A program made the translations under genes and the position numbers. From IMG/VR virus record IMGVR_UViG_3300051212_001597, positions 1 to 60,503 of that record: a stretch of 60,503 nt of DNA; one strand, 5' to 3'. Positions 35,270 to 45,843 of this stretch are shown here, piece by piece. Positions within the stretch are counted from its first letter, which is position 1. Each line of letters opens with the position of its first letter. A model generated the notes under the pieces. It did not search any database. It was not told where the DNA came from and saw only the letters and a program-made list of their open reading frames with translations. The stretch comes from a virus. Taxonomy: Duplodnaviria > Caudoviricetes.

Positions 35270-36237
35270 GTAAATCAGATCTAACTCTAGAAAACTTTTT
35301 AATACCAATAACGTCGCTCAAGGAAGAGCAGGGAAGAACATTCAAGACAACACTATCTCTTGATATAGCCTTATCTGGCGGCATACCAGAGGGTTCTAGC
35401 GTTTTGATGAGTGGCAAGCCGAAGGTTGGAAAGACGACTCTTGCTCTGCATTACGTTCAACAATGTCACAGAGAAGACCCAACTAAAAAGGCATTCTTTT
35501 TTGATGTTGAGGGTCGTCTTAGAACAGAACTTCTAGACTGTTTTCCAGATTTGAACAGAGAAAATGTTGCAATAGTCAGATCAAATGAAAATAAGATACT
35601 CAGCGCCGAAGACTTTCTTAATCTGCTGTACACTACGCTCAAAGACTACCCTAGATGCATTTGCATATTAGATTCGATAGCAGCACTATGCCCTGAGGCT
35701 GAGCTTTCTTCAAATATAGGCGATGGCGTTAAAATGGCTGGAACTGCTAGTCTAATGTATAAAATGTTTAGACGAGTAAGCCAAATATTACCTGTCACAA
35801 AAAGCACCTTCATAGCACTCACTCACATGATTGCTAATCCTAATCCTGGGCCTGGGAAAAAGAGTTACGGGGTGGGTGGAAACGCACCTCAATACGGGGC
35901 GTCTGTTTGGCTTGAGGGCGGATGGAAACAGGATATAGAGGACACAAACAGTAAAACAATAGGCCAAAATGCGCATTTTTACATAGTCGCTTCGGCTCTT
36001 GGTTCGCCAGGCGCCGATGTGTCTATACCTATAATATACGGAAAGGGCGTAGATGAAACTATGGATCTTTTCAATCTAGCCTGTGAGTTTGGTATAATAT
36101 CAAAATCTGGAGCATGGTATACAGTTCCAGGAAACAAAGAAAAACTTCAAGGCCAAATGAATGTAATAGATCACTTGAGAAAAAACGAACAGCTAAGCAA
36201 AGAAATTTACGATCAAATAAGAAATATGGCGATATAA
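35266..36237 (+). CDS. recA: RecA/UvsX-like recombinase
   Basis: SLDIALSGGIPEG, Walker A GKPKVGKTT, ILDSIAALCP, GGNAP, GIISKSGAWY, KLQG. Confidence 0.92.
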   Translation: MSKSDLTLENFLIPITSLKEEQGRTFKTTLSLDIALSGGIPEGSSVLMSGKPKVGKTTLALHYVQQCHREDPTKKAFFFDVEGRLRTELLDCFPDLNRENVAIVRSNENKILSAEDFLNLLYTTLKDYPRCICILDSIAALCPEAELSSNIGDGVKMAGTASLMYKMFRRVSQILPVTKSTFIALTHMIANPNPGPGKKSYGVGGNAPQYGASVWLEGGWKQDIEDTNSKTIGQNAHFYIVASALGSPGADVSIPIIYGKGVDETMDLFNLACEFGIISKSGAWYTVPGNKEKLQGQMNVIDHLRKNEQLSKEIYDQIRNMAI

Positions 36238-36247
36238 GGGGGTCTAT

Positions 36248-36553
36248 ATGAACTTTAAAAAAGTAAACAAAAATAAAGTAAAAGATTTTGATGCCGACAG
36301 TGTAAAAATGGTAAAAGTCACCCTTATGTTTCCAGTGTGGAAACATGCTTCAGAAAAAGACATTCTATCAGAATTTAATGATATGAATACAGATTTTACA
36401 GAACGAAGTATAGAAGAGTCTCCGGTTACTGTAGCGGATCTAGAAAAATTTAAGGATAAAATCCCAGGGGATTGGCTTTTTTACCACAGAGATTATGAAA
36501 TATATCTAAGTGATATAATCAAAAACTCAAAGAAAAAGAGCGGCAATAAATGA
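36248..36553 (+). CDS. Hypothetical protein, paralog of 4782-5132
   Basis: Shared motifs KMVKVTLMFPVWK, DILSE and IEESPVT. Confidence 0.7.
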   Translation: MNFKKVNKNKVKDFDADSVKMVKVTLMFPVWKHASEKDILSEFNDMNTDFTERSIEESPVTVADLEKFKDKIPGDWLFYHRDYEIYLSDIIKNSKKKSGNK

Positions 36554-36945
36554 AAGTAAAATCTGTGAACGATCCGACCAAGATAATAACTTGGGATCTT
36601 CGAGAAAGTTCATGGCCAATGAAATCATCCTATACTTGCAGGTCTAAAATACAACATGAGATAGGCAAGGTTATAAAGGGTAGATATCCGCTAGACCCAG
36701 TTCTTGAAGATATAACAATACCAGACACTAGACTTTCGTTAGATTTTTATATTCCACACAGGAAGATAGCAGTTGAAGTTCAGGGCGAACAACACGACGA
36801 AATGAATCCGTTTTTTCATAAATCTAATGCTGAGTTTGAAGATCAGAAGCAAAGAGACGAAACAAAGAAATTCTTCTGCGAGCTTAATAATATAAGACTA
36901 ATTGAGATCAGGAATATTAAAGATGCAGCAAAATACTTCTTCTGA
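36550..36945 (+). CDS. Vsr/DUF559-like PD-(D/E)XK endonuclease
   Basis: LDFYIP..KIAVEVQGEQH...QKQRD..K...CELNNIRLIEI. Confidence 0.8.
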   Translation: MKVKSVNDPTKIITWDLRESSWPMKSSYTCRSKIQHEIGKVIKGRYPLDPVLEDITIPDTRLSLDFYIPHRKIAVEVQGEQHDEMNPFFHKSNAEFEDQKQRDETKKFFCELNNIRLIEIRNIKDAAKYFF

Positions 36946-37399
36946 AGACAAGTCAATAAAAAATAAGATTCTGGAAAAGATAAACCAGATGCAAGGAACT
37001 GTCTCTTTAAATTTTACTGTTCCAGAAGAAATTGATACTATAATAAATCTATCTAGACAACAGCTTAAGAGCATAGGAGGCGAAGAGCTTTCTATAAACT
37101 GTATAAGACTAGCTCAATACGCGCTCTTTATAAAGACTGAGATAAATAAAATGAAATCAGCTAGGGACTGGTGTGAGGCAAACATAGATAGTATAATTGG
37201 AAGAGAGATATCAAATACAAACGGATACGGCTTGGGCGAGAAAAGTCTTATAATTAAAAGAAATGATCCCGTGGCTAAGGAATTAGAGTCTGCAAAAATA
37301 CAATTTGCCTCCAAAGTTACGATGCTTGAAGACATAGATAGAAAGATTGAATTTTTAGCAAACTCAATGAAATCTCTAGCTATAGAAAAGAGAGTTTAA
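36902..37399 (+). CDS. Helical hypothetical protein
   Basis: Coiled-coil-like C-terminus; lies in the recombination cluster. Confidence 0.55.
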   Translation: MRSGILKMQQNTSSEDKSIKNKILEKINQMQGTVSLNFTVPEEIDTIINLSRQQLKSIGGEELSINCIRLAQYALFIKTEINKMKSARDWCEANIDSIIGREISNTNGYGLGEKSLIIKRNDPVAKELESAKIQFASKVTMLEDIDRKIEFLANSMKSLAIEKRV

Positions 37400-37400
37400 A

Positions 37401-37901
37401 ATGAATGACAGAAAAGAACAATTACAAAAAGCAATAATGACGAATGATATGGAGCTTGTCAGGGATTTTTATGAATATGTGTTTGGAGATAAGCCGCCGA
37501 AGACTCTAGCATCTACAAATAAAAGCTCTGTGGCTGAAGACTATCGTAAAAAAATTCAAATGGCGATTCAGATACTTTCAGATGAAGAAGAAAATTCAGA
37601 TTATGTAGACATTTCTGAGACCATTAAGGAAAAACCAAAACCCACATTTACTAGCGGCTCTGATATGCAATTCATATCTAGCAAGGACTTTGAGCTTCCA
37701 GAAGATAATAATCCAGAGTACGAAAAACTAGCTAAATCAATCCCAAAAAGAAAAAAAGAAAAAAGACCAGAGTATAAAGCAAATGTAGTTAAGTGTGCGT
37801 TGTGTGGTTCTGATTTTGATTTCAATAAAGAATACCCAGTTGGTATGCTAGAATCGGGCGCAAATGCCAAGATCAAGTGCAACAAGTGTCGTGCAGGATA
37901 A
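37401..37901 (+). CDS. Hypothetical protein with C-terminal zinc ribbon
   Basis: CALCG...CNKC. Confidence 0.6.
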   Translation: MNDRKEQLQKAIMTNDMELVRDFYEYVFGDKPPKTLASTNKSSVAEDYRKKIQMAIQILSDEEENSDYVDISETIKEKPKPTFTSGSDMQFISSKDFELPEDNNPEYEKLAKSIPKRKKEKRPEYKANVVKCALCGSDFDFNKEYPVGMLESGANAKIKCNKCRAG

Positions 37902-39327
37902 GTCTTTCGATATAGACTCTGAGGTATCAATTCTGGGATACGCTGTCAAATGCGGATCTCAGAATTTTTATTCTGGCATATCAGATATAGACTCTTCCTT
38001 TTTCAAAGATAAAGATCACGGTCTTATTTTTGAATCTATCAAAAATTCATACGAGTCTCGCCATTCAGAAGAACCGTCAATAGAGGCCGTGGCAAATTTT
38101 GCTAGAAATTCCGCATCATGGACGACCCATGACAAAGAAACTTTCCTAGAAAAATTGGAAGCCTGTTACTCAAAGAATGTTAGCGAGGCCGATGCCAATC
38201 TCGCACTTAGGCGTGTCAAGTATTGGCATATAGTTAGAAAGCTAGGCAGTAAGCTAAAGGAGTCTTATTCAGATCTCTGCAAGACTAGCGGCGACGAAGA
38301 CATAGTCGAAATAGTAACCAAGGTAGAAGAGACCATATTTAGTTTCATTCCAGAGATAAAGAAGGAAAACGATTATGTAAATATATGTGACTTTGCTCTT
38401 GGGCATATAGAGTATATTAAAAATAATCCAGTAAGCTATGCTGGTATGCCGACAGGATTCCCTAGGTACGACCAGTGCATAGGTGGTGGATATAGGAGAG
38501 GAACGGTTAATGTAGTTGGCGCTAGACCAAAGGTCGGTAAAAGCACCTTTTGCCTTAACGTTGCAAAGAATGTTGCCTCAAACGGCGTTCCTGTTCTTTA
38601 CCTAGATACAGAGATGAAGAAAGAAACACAGACTGTAAAATGGGTTTCTCTTTGTTCTGGAATACCACAATCTGAGATCGAAACTGGCGCTTTCGCCTCT
38701 AGTGAGAGATCTTCATTTATAATTAAGGAAACTATAGAGAATCTTAAATCAACCCCTTTTTATCACACGTCTGTAGCAGGACTTAAGCCACAAGAGATAT
38801 TCTCGGTTTGCAGAAGATGGCTAGCTAGTGTTGTTGGTAAAAACAAAGATGGATCGACTAAAGACTGCCTAATTATTTTGGATTATCTAAAAACAATGGA
38901 TCTAGGAGACTTGGGCGATTTTCAGGAATACCAGTACCTAGGAGATTTTATAACAAAGCTTCACAACTTCGCCGTGAAAAGCGATGTTCCAGTTCTAGCA
39001 ACGGTTCAGTTGAATAGAGATGGAATAAACAAAGAAGACACTAGTGTTGTTTCTGGAAGTGATAGAATTCTTTGGCTTTGCTCAAGTTTAGCTTATCTAA
39101 AGAAGAAGACCGACGAAGATATAGCCGCCGGTGACAGCAAGGCTAACGGCGACAGAAAAATGGTTGTTGTTGAAACTAGATACGGAAAAGGCATGGACTC
39201 TTCGTCAGAGTACATAAATGTAGTTTCAAACATGGACAAGTCACAATTCACAGAAGGAAAGTTTAACTTTGAGGTTATTGGTGAAGGTCTAGAAAATGAT
39301 GACGACGACGAAGATCTCCAGTTCTGA
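37864..39327 (+). CDS. dnaB: Replicative DNA helicase
   Basis: GMPTGFPRYD, GARPKVGKST, YLDTEM, ILDYL, VQLNR, SGSD, RYG. Confidence 0.93.
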   Translation: MPRSSATSVVQDKSFDIDSEVSILGYAVKCGSQNFYSGISDIDSSFFKDKDHGLIFESIKNSYESRHSEEPSIEAVANFARNSASWTTHDKETFLEKLEACYSKNVSEADANLALRRVKYWHIVRKLGSKLKESYSDLCKTSGDEDIVEIVTKVEETIFSFIPEIKKENDYVNICDFALGHIEYIKNNPVSYAGMPTGFPRYDQCIGGGYRRGTVNVVGARPKVGKSTFCLNVAKNVASNGVPVLYLDTEMKKETQTVKWVSLCSGIPQSEIETGAFASSERSSFIIKETIENLKSTPFYHTSVAGLKPQEIFSVCRRWLASVVGKNKDGSTKDCLIILDYLKTMDLGDLGDFQEYQYLGDFITKLHNFAVKSDVPVLATVQLNRDGINKEDTSVVSGSDRILWLCSSLAYLKKKTDEDIAAGDSKANGDRKMVVVETRYGKGMDSSSEYINVVSNMDKSQFTEGKFNFEVIGEGLENDDDDEDLQF

Positions 39328-40372
39328 ACTTAAAAAATTAGCAGATTCATACGATCTTCCAATCCTAGAAGCTCTAGGTTTTGATTCTATAACACCGAGA
39401 GGAATTCAGCAAAAATGCATCATACACGGCGGTGATAATCCAGCCGCATTTTCTTTTGACAGAAGAAGAATGTGTTGGTCGTGCTTTACTCACGGTTGTC
39501 ACAAAAAATATGGAAACGACATAATAGGCTTGATAAGAGCCGTAAAGAACTTCGGCTACAATGATTGCGTTGATTGGATTCTTCAGATTGTCAACAATCC
39601 AGAAATAAACGCTGGATATACACCTGAAGAAAAAGTCTTCACTTCAAATCCGCCAAATAAAATACTAGACGAATCAATATTAGAAAATCTAGAGGCTGAC
39701 TTTTCAAGCATATCTGATAGAAGGTTCTCGGAAAAGACTTTGTTTCATTTTCAGTCTGGGGTTCCCAAAAACAAAGTTAAAATGCAACACAATAGATTGA
39801 TGATACCCATAAGAAATGAGGACGGGCAGCTGGTTGGTTTTACTGGCAGAAGCGTTTATGAAAAAAGTGATAGAACTGGCGGATACCATCCAGAATGGGC
39901 AAATGCTGAGGGTAATTTCACTGCAATTTTTTCAAAATGGAGACACTACCCAAAAGGTCTTAACAAGAGCGGGGAGCTTTATAATTTTCACGAAGCAAAA
40001 AGATGGGCCGAAAGACTAGGATTTCTTATAGTAGTCGAAGGCCCATTTGACGCCTGGAGACTTTGGGAGTTTGGTGTTAAAAATTGCGTAGCTTCTTTTG
40101 GCTGCTCATTATCAAAGGATCAGTTTGATAAAATAAAGAAACATAATTTTAAATGCATAGCCCTAGCTTTTGACTCTGATCTTGCTGGTAAATCTGGCTT
40201 TGAAAAAGCTGATTCTATTTTTAAAGATAGAATTTCATTAGAAAAATTAACACTTCCTGACAACAAGGATCCTGGAGATCTTAACACAGAAGACTATAAT
40301 ATGTTCATAAGACCTCAACTATCAGTATTGAGAAGGCGCTATGAATACAAAGATAATAATCATAACGGGTAA
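39296..40372 (+). CDS. dnaG: DNA primase
   Basis: CIIH...CFTHGC zinc finger, RLMIPIRN..G..VGFTGR, TOPRIM VVEGPFD and AFDSDLAG, KDPGD. Confidence 0.93.
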   Translation: MMTTTKISSSELKKLADSYDLPILEALGFDSITPRGIQQKCIIHGGDNPAAFSFDRRRMCWSCFTHGCHKKYGNDIIGLIRAVKNFGYNDCVDWILQIVNNPEINAGYTPEEKVFTSNPPNKILDESILENLEADFSSISDRRFSEKTLFHFQSGVPKNKVKMQHNRLMIPIRNEDGQLVGFTGRSVYEKSDRTGGYHPEWANAEGNFTAIFSKWRHYPKGLNKSGELYNFHEAKRWAERLGFLIVVEGPFDAWRLWEFGVKNCVASFGCSLSKDQFDKIKKHNFKCIALAFDSDLAGKSGFEKADSIFKDRISLEKLTLPDNKDPGDLNTEDYNMFIRPQLSVLRRRYEYKDNNHNG

Positions 40373-40994
40373 AGCACAAAGCGGAAAAGACACATCTGCG
40401 AATTTAATTAAAAAAAATCTGTGTTCTCTTGGTAAAACTTGCGATATATACGCATTTGCTGGAGAATTAAAAAATATATGCGAGAACATATTTGGGCTTG
40501 CTAATCATCAGTGTTGGGGTTCTGATTCTGATAAGAACACCAAAACAAATTTTAAGTGGCGAGATCTACCTTTACCAAAAGACAGATTAGCTATTATAAT
40601 GAATAAACCAAGTGCGCCAAAGCTAGACGATAGCCTAACTGCTCGTGAAGTTATGCAAATATGGGGCACAGATATATTTAGAAAATTTGACAACGATTGT
40701 TGGGTTCGCTCTACAATAAACAGAATCAAAAAAGAAAATCTTGATTTTGCGATTATTGCAGATGCTAGATTTCCAAACGAAATAGAGTATTGTTTGAAGT
40801 ATAAGCCTACAGTAATAAGATTGACTAGAAACGTTACATCAAACAATCACGAAAGCGAAGTGGCTTTAGATAATTACAATTTTGACGCCCTAAAAAGCTA
40901 CACTATAGACAACCAACTCATATCAATAGAAGAGCAGAATGAAAAACTAAAAAATATAATGAAAGAGATAATTAATGATAGTTGCGATGAATGA
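40341..40994 (+). CDS. Deoxynucleoside monophosphate kinase
   Basis: ITGKAQSGKDT, FAGELK, REVMQIWGTD, DARFPNE, HESE. Confidence 0.88.
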   Translation: MNTKIIIITGKAQSGKDTSANLIKKNLCSLGKTCDIYAFAGELKNICENIFGLANHQCWGSDSDKNTKTNFKWRDLPLPKDRLAIIMNKPSAPKLDDSLTAREVMQIWGTDIFRKFDNDCWVRSTINRIKKENLDFAIIADARFPNEIEYCLKYKPTVIRLTRNVTSNNHESEVALDNYNFDALKSYTIDNQLISIEEQNEKLKNIMKEIINDSCDE

Positions 40995-41415
40995 GTCGTC
41001 AACACTGTCTGATATATACGACAGCGATAACCCAGCAAGGATTAAGATATACAATTCCATAAGAAAATTTCTTGCCTCATTCCCAAAAGGAACCGTTTAT
41101 TGTATAGGAAAATACAAAAATGGAATATCAATGGATTTTTGCGAGGCTTGTTCTGAAATAGGTATTTTAAGAGAAGTAGCCGTTCCTTACGAAGACAATG
41201 ATCATAATTGGCCAGATCCTATAAAGAACAAGTTCAAAAAAATAATAAAAAGCTCTAGTTCTGTTGTTTTGGTTTCTACTGGCGGGTTTAATCCAAAAAA
41301 AATAAAAGATATGGATAATTATGTTTATAAAAAATCAGATTATATAATTAACATAGTTTCATCCGAAAAAAACTTAGAAATCAAAATGGTTAAAAATGGA
41401 CATAAAATTTCTTAG
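40975..41415 (+). CDS. YspA/SLOG-like protein (divergent)
   Basis: AVPYED...WP...MDNYVYKKSD pattern. Confidence 0.4.
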   Translation: MIVAMNESSTLSDIYDSDNPARIKIYNSIRKFLASFPKGTVYCIGKYKNGISMDFCEACSEIGILREVAVPYEDNDHNWPDPIKNKFKKIIKSSSSVVLVSTGGFNPKKIKDMDNYVYKKSDYIINIVSSEKNLEIKMVKNGHKIS

Positions 41416-42376
41416 AGCGTCTTCAATAAACTCTTACAGAGGATGTGAGTTTGCTTTTTTTATGGAGCAAATATTGGAGATACCAACAAAGAGCGGAAAA
41501 AAAGCCTTATTAGGAACTATCACGCATCATGTGCTAGAACTAATGGCAAAAGCAAAAAAGCTAGGCCACGAAGGCGGCTTGCTTTTTGACCATGAAAAGC
41601 TTCTCGATATATGTTGGAATAGATATACAAGAGAAAATCCAGAAATGGATTTAAAAAAGGGCGACAAAAAATTTTGTCTTTCATCAATTCAAAAAGTTAT
41701 AAATACTTTTTATGATCCAAAAAATCTCAACGTTCTACACACAGAAAAACAGTTTAGGATACCATTAACAGATCCTGTTTTTAAATATGAATACTATGAT
41801 ATAGTAAAAGGGGTTGTTGAAAAAGGAAATTACGAGATAAGAGGAACGATAGATTTGATAACCCAAGTTGACAACGAAACTATTGAAGTTGTTGATTGGA
41901 AGACGGGGTCTAGAAAATGTTGGAACACAGGAGAGAATAAGGAGTTTGATTATCTTCAATCAAAAGATATTCAGCTAAGAATGTATGATCTTGCCTGCTA
42001 TTTAATGTTTCCACAGTACAAGAACAGGCTTCTAACTATTCATTTTATCAATGATGGTGGGCCTTTTACTGTTGCTTTTTCCGACGAAGACAGAAAAGAG
42101 ACCCTAGCCATAATAGAAAAAACATTTAAAAATATTAAATGGAACCAGCTTCCAACTAGACTAAAAGAAAGCAACGCTAGCGACAGATGGAAATGTAAAA
42201 GTGTTTGCCACTTTGGCAAAACAAAAACAGCAGCTGGCTGCAGCATTTGCGACACAATACATTCTTACGTTGTTGGAAACGGTATAGACCAGACGATACT
42301 AGAGATAGATAAGCTAAAGAAATCTAAGCAAGAGCTAAAAAACAAGACTAGCGATAGGAGAAACGTTTTTGAATAA
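41396..42376 (+). CDS. Cas4/RecB-like PD-(D/E)XK exonuclease
   Basis: SSINSY..C, GTITH, RGTIDLI, VVDWKTG, QLRMY, C-terminal cysteine cluster. Confidence 0.85.
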   Translation: MDIKFLRASSINSYRGCEFAFFMEQILEIPTKSGKKALLGTITHHVLELMAKAKKLGHEGGLLFDHEKLLDICWNRYTRENPEMDLKKGDKKFCLSSIQKVINTFYDPKNLNVLHTEKQFRIPLTDPVFKYEYYDIVKGVVEKGNYEIRGTIDLITQVDNETIEVVDWKTGSRKCWNTGENKEFDYLQSKDIQLRMYDLACYLMFPQYKNRLLTIHFINDGGPFTVAFSDEDRKETLAIIEKTFKNIKWNQLPTRLKESNASDRWKCKSVCHFGKTKTAAGCSICDTIHSYVVGNGIDQTILEIDKLKKSKQELKNKTSDRRNVFE

Positions 42377-44237
42377 TATGAACTACACACCACTACACGT
42401 ACATACATGCTGGTCACTATTAGACAGCACGGTTGATGTAAATGAATATGTCGCAAAAATAAAAGAGGCTGGAGGCTCTGCTTGCTCAATAACCGACCAT
42501 AATAATTTAAAAGCGGTTGTCCCATTCTTCAAAGCATGTAAGGCTAGGGGGATAAAGCCAATAATAGGCGTCGAAGTGGACGTTTATTTAACGGACGAAA
42601 AATTTATTGGCAGACTAACACTGATAGCCAAAAACAAAGTTGGCTACAAAAATCTAGTAAATATAGTCTCAAACGCTAGATCAGAGTCTGTGTTTAAAAA
42701 AGAGACTACGCCAAAAACTCTTTTCAAAGATCTTCACCAATACTCTAGCGGGATCATATGCATGATCGGTGACTTAAGAAGCGAAATTTTTCATTCTTGC
42801 TTTGTTAATTTTGAAATGGCGTATGGCTCAAATAGCGAGGAGGAGTGCGAAAGCCTTCTTAGGCAGGACTGGAAAGAAAAGGTAAATGAGTTATTAGAAA
42901 AATACAGGAGGGTATTTAGCGATGTATTTTTGTATTTTGATTATTCAAAACTTCCAATTATTAAGGTTTTAGGCCAAAAAATAAAACAAGAATTTGATGA
43001 AGCTATACCCTCTGTAAATGTTCACTACATATCAAAAGAAGATTATCAGATTCACAGGCTTATATCAAGCGACTCAGAGGCTTTGTCTTCAAACATAGAT
43101 GATTCTAGGATTTTTGAAGAAGAGTATTGCTTTTGCCATCTTACAAAAACAATTCCGTCTGGCGAAAAGACCAAATTGGTTGTAGATTTGGTTGAGGACT
43201 TCTCAATAGAAGAACGCCCTATGATACCAGATTTTAAGATTAAAGGACATGAAATACAGGATCAGGACGAGTATCTTAGAGATATTTGCAGAAAGGGATT
43301 CTTAGAAAAGATATCGCCAAAGATTTCTTCAGACGCAAACCTTAAAAACATCTACCTAGACAGGATTAGGCACGAGTTAGGTGTTTTCAAGCAGGCTAAG
43401 ATATCGGGCTATTTCTTAATCGTCAAAGACATTGTTGATCACATTAGGCAAATGGGCTTTCCAGCAGATAGCCGCGGCTCGTCTTCGGGCTGCTTAATTT
43501 CCTACCTAATAGGCGTATCGTCAATTGATCCAATAGTGCCAGATGCATCACTTGCATATGCAAAAGAAAGAGAGCTTCCTTTTGAAAGATTTTACAACGA
43601 AGGAAGAAATACCGCTAGTAACGTTTCTTTGCCAGACATTGATATGGACGTGCCTCCTTCCATAAGAGACGATGTTATTAAATATCTTCGCGAAAAATAC
43701 GGAAAAGATCAAGTTGCTCATATAATCACGCATTCTAGGTTCAAAGGCAAGGGTGCAATAAAAGAAGCTTTTAGAATATTAAAACCTGTTAATAATTACT
43801 TTGATGTATCCAATGAAATAACAAAGCTTTTTGTTGATGAGAGCAAGATATCAGATGAATTAAGTGAACTTCAAGAAGAAGACCCGTCATATGGAATCAT
43901 AAGATGGAATATAGATAATATTACTGATGTAAATAAGTTTTACAATCAGTACAAAGAAGCTTTTGATTTTGCTATAAAAATAGAAAAGTTGCCAAAAAAC
44001 GAAAGTGTTCATGCTGCTGGTATAATAATAGGCGATAGACCGTTATATAAGCACTTTCCAATGACATATTCAAGCAAGTTAGGTCAGATGGTGATTGATA
44101 TCGAAGGTTCAGATTTAGAAATTCTTGGAGGCGTTAAGTTTGATATATTAGGAGTTTCTGCTATAGAAAAGGTTTTCCAGATAGAGAAAATGATAAATAA
44201 AAAACTTAATGAGGTTAGATTTGGAGAATTAAATTGA
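42369..44237 (+). CDS. dnaE: DNA polymerase III alpha, N-terminal part (PHP, palm, thumb)
   Basis: LHVHT.WSLLD, ITDH, GIKPIIGVE, RGSSSG, FERF, PDIDMD, HAAG, KFDILG, then a stop. Confidence 0.92.
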   Translation: MNNMNYTPLHVHTCWSLLDSTVDVNEYVAKIKEAGGSACSITDHNNLKAVVPFFKACKARGIKPIIGVEVDVYLTDEKFIGRLTLIAKNKVGYKNLVNIVSNARSESVFKKETTPKTLFKDLHQYSSGIICMIGDLRSEIFHSCFVNFEMAYGSNSEEECESLLRQDWKEKVNELLEKYRRVFSDVFLYFDYSKLPIIKVLGQKIKQEFDEAIPSVNVHYISKEDYQIHRLISSDSEALSSNIDDSRIFEEEYCFCHLTKTIPSGEKTKLVVDLVEDFSIEERPMIPDFKIKGHEIQDQDEYLRDICRKGFLEKISPKISSDANLKNIYLDRIRHELGVFKQAKISGYFLIVKDIVDHIRQMGFPADSRGSSSGCLISYLIGVSSIDPIVPDASLAYAKERELPFERFYNEGRNTASNVSLPDIDMDVPPSIRDDVIKYLREKYGKDQVAHIITHSRFKGKGAIKEAFRILKPVNNYFDVSNEITKLFVDESKISDELSELQEEDPSYGIIRWNIDNITDVNKFYNQYKEAFDFAIKIEKLPKNESVHAAGIIIGDRPLYKHFPMTYSSKLGQMVIDIEGSDLEILGGVKFDILGVSAIEKVFQIEKMINKKLNEVRFGELN

Positions 44238-44440
44238 AACCTATATCTAGCGCTTCAATATCGATAAAAGAAGATAGCGATAGGATATTAATGCAACAAA
44301 ATGGTCAAACTATAGCTATATCTAATATAAATGATGTGATGTTGGCAATAGAAATTTTAAGCGCTTTTAAACACAGATTTTTTATCACCAAATCCTGTAA
44401 TTATAATTTTGTGTATAATAACAATAATGGATCGTCTTAA
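44234..44440 (+). CDS. Hypothetical protein
   Basis: Small ORF overlapping the dnaE-N stop. Confidence 0.4.
   Translation: MKPISSASISIKEDSDRILMQQNGQTIAISNINDVMLAIEILSAFKHRFFITKSCNYNFVYNNNNGSS
44411..44417 (+). promoter_or_regulatory. GTGTAT(A/T) putative phage promoter motif
   Basis: GTGTATAAT 9 nt before ATG 44427. Confidence 0.55.
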
Positions 44441-45557
44441 TTTAAATAAGCACTTAAATTTAGCAGCAAAAGCTTACTTCATAGCTAAAAGCGAAGAAGG
44501 AGATACGTCTACTCCGCCTACACCTGAGGAAGAGGCTTTGTTTGAAGCTATTAGGCAGAGCATGAATCCTGAGACGGAGGAGGGTGTTTGGGAATTTATA
44601 CAGCAAAATCTTGCGTCTATTTTGGGTGGAAGTAGCATCGCGCTGACATTACTGCTTAATCAAAACTTTAGAAATTGGATGAAGAGAATAAGCATTAGTT
44701 TGTGGAATATGTTTAAAAGATCTGGTCTTTCTTCTTCCCAAGCATTACAAAAAGTAATCCTCTTCTTAAGAGACCTATTTAGAAGCGGTCCAAACAATCC
44801 AGATAATCCTTTATCGCAAGATTGCATGGACGCTCTCAGAGGTCTAAAGGATATATTCTTAACGATATCTCAAATGCCTGCCGAAACATCGATTACCGCA
44901 TTGATAGACGCTCTAACTGAAGCTGTTTCTTTAGCGGCTAGCATAGTAGCTAAACTAGCCTCTTGCACTGGTATTGGGGCACAATACGCGTATAATTTCA
45001 TATATGAATGGCTACTAACCTTGCTAGGTGATGGGCTATCAGCAATGGGACTTACTCAAGATCAAATAAAGCAATTTATAAAGAAACTGGTAGAATGGAT
45101 TCTTAACGGAGCTAAGGTTCCAGAAATTCCACCTCTGCCATACGTTGTACCATTTAGTCTTCCAAGATTAGATCCAAATTGTATAAATCCTAGAGACTAT
45201 CTAAAAGATTTAAGAATTCACAGAATGGAAAATAGTGAATATGTCGCGCCATTCTTAGCTGGATTAGCTTGGGCGGCGCTGATAGCGGCTGCTGTTGCCG
45301 CTGTTGTAGTTGCTCTTCCCGCAATATTGGCTGGATCAACAGCGGTTGGGGCCGTTTTAGCTGCTGCTGGTATAACGGCGCTAGGACTATCACAAACAGC
45401 CTCGGCCGCTGGCTATGAAATGACGGAAGAACAAATTGAGGCATTTATATTAGAAAAGGCTAAAGAAGCCGCTAAATGTAAGGGCGTAAGTGTTGAAGAA
45501 AATCCAGACACGCCAGAAGACAATCAAACAAACCCAGCACTTAGTCCTTCGAGATAA
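44427..45557 (+). CDS. Helical protein with long hydrophobic C-terminal hairpin
   Basis: AGLAWAALIAAAVAAVVVALPAILAGSTAVGAVLAAAGITALG. Confidence 0.7.
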   Translation: MDRLNLNKHLNLAAKAYFIAKSEEGDTSTPPTPEEEALFEAIRQSMNPETEEGVWEFIQQNLASILGGSSIALTLLLNQNFRNWMKRISISLWNMFKRSGLSSSQALQKVILFLRDLFRSGPNNPDNPLSQDCMDALRGLKDIFLTISQMPAETSITALIDALTEAVSLAASIVAKLASCTGIGAQYAYNFIYEWLLTLLGDGLSAMGLTQDQIKQFIKKLVEWILNGAKVPEIPPLPYVVPFSLPRLDPNCINPRDYLKDLRIHRMENSEYVAPFLAGLAWAALIAAAVAAVVVALPAILAGSTAVGAVLAAAGITALGLSQTASAAGYEMTEEQIEAFILEKAKEAAKCKGVSVEENPDTPEDNQTNPALSPSR

Positions 45558-45843
45558 ATCTAAGATTTAATCTAAAAAGAATTTTCGCAATTGCTGAAGC
45601 TGTTTCAGAAACGCTTTCTTCTGATAATTCAGGGTGGGTTGCGTGCAACATTTCATGTATAATTGTATCTAACTTATCTTTTTCTGATAAATTCCTATTT
45701 ATCCAAATCTCTGGTTTCTTGTATCTGTGATCATCACATTCTCCAAAAGATCGTGGCATATCCTTAGATTTTACAAATCTAATAGTCCAATGCTTTCCAT
45801 TAAACTTAAATTTTACTTTTTCTTCTTTCTTTGCGGGTGGCAT
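45541..45843 (-). CDS. Zincin-like (HExxH) metallopeptidase-fold protein
   Basis: FGEC...IWIN...DTIIHEMLHA...EE.V. Confidence 0.75.
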   Translation of the reverse strand: MPPAKKEEKVKFKFNGKHWTIRFVKSKDMPRSFGECDDHRYKKPEIWINRNLSEKDKLDTIIHEMLHATHPELSEESVSETASAIAKILFRLNLRFISKD

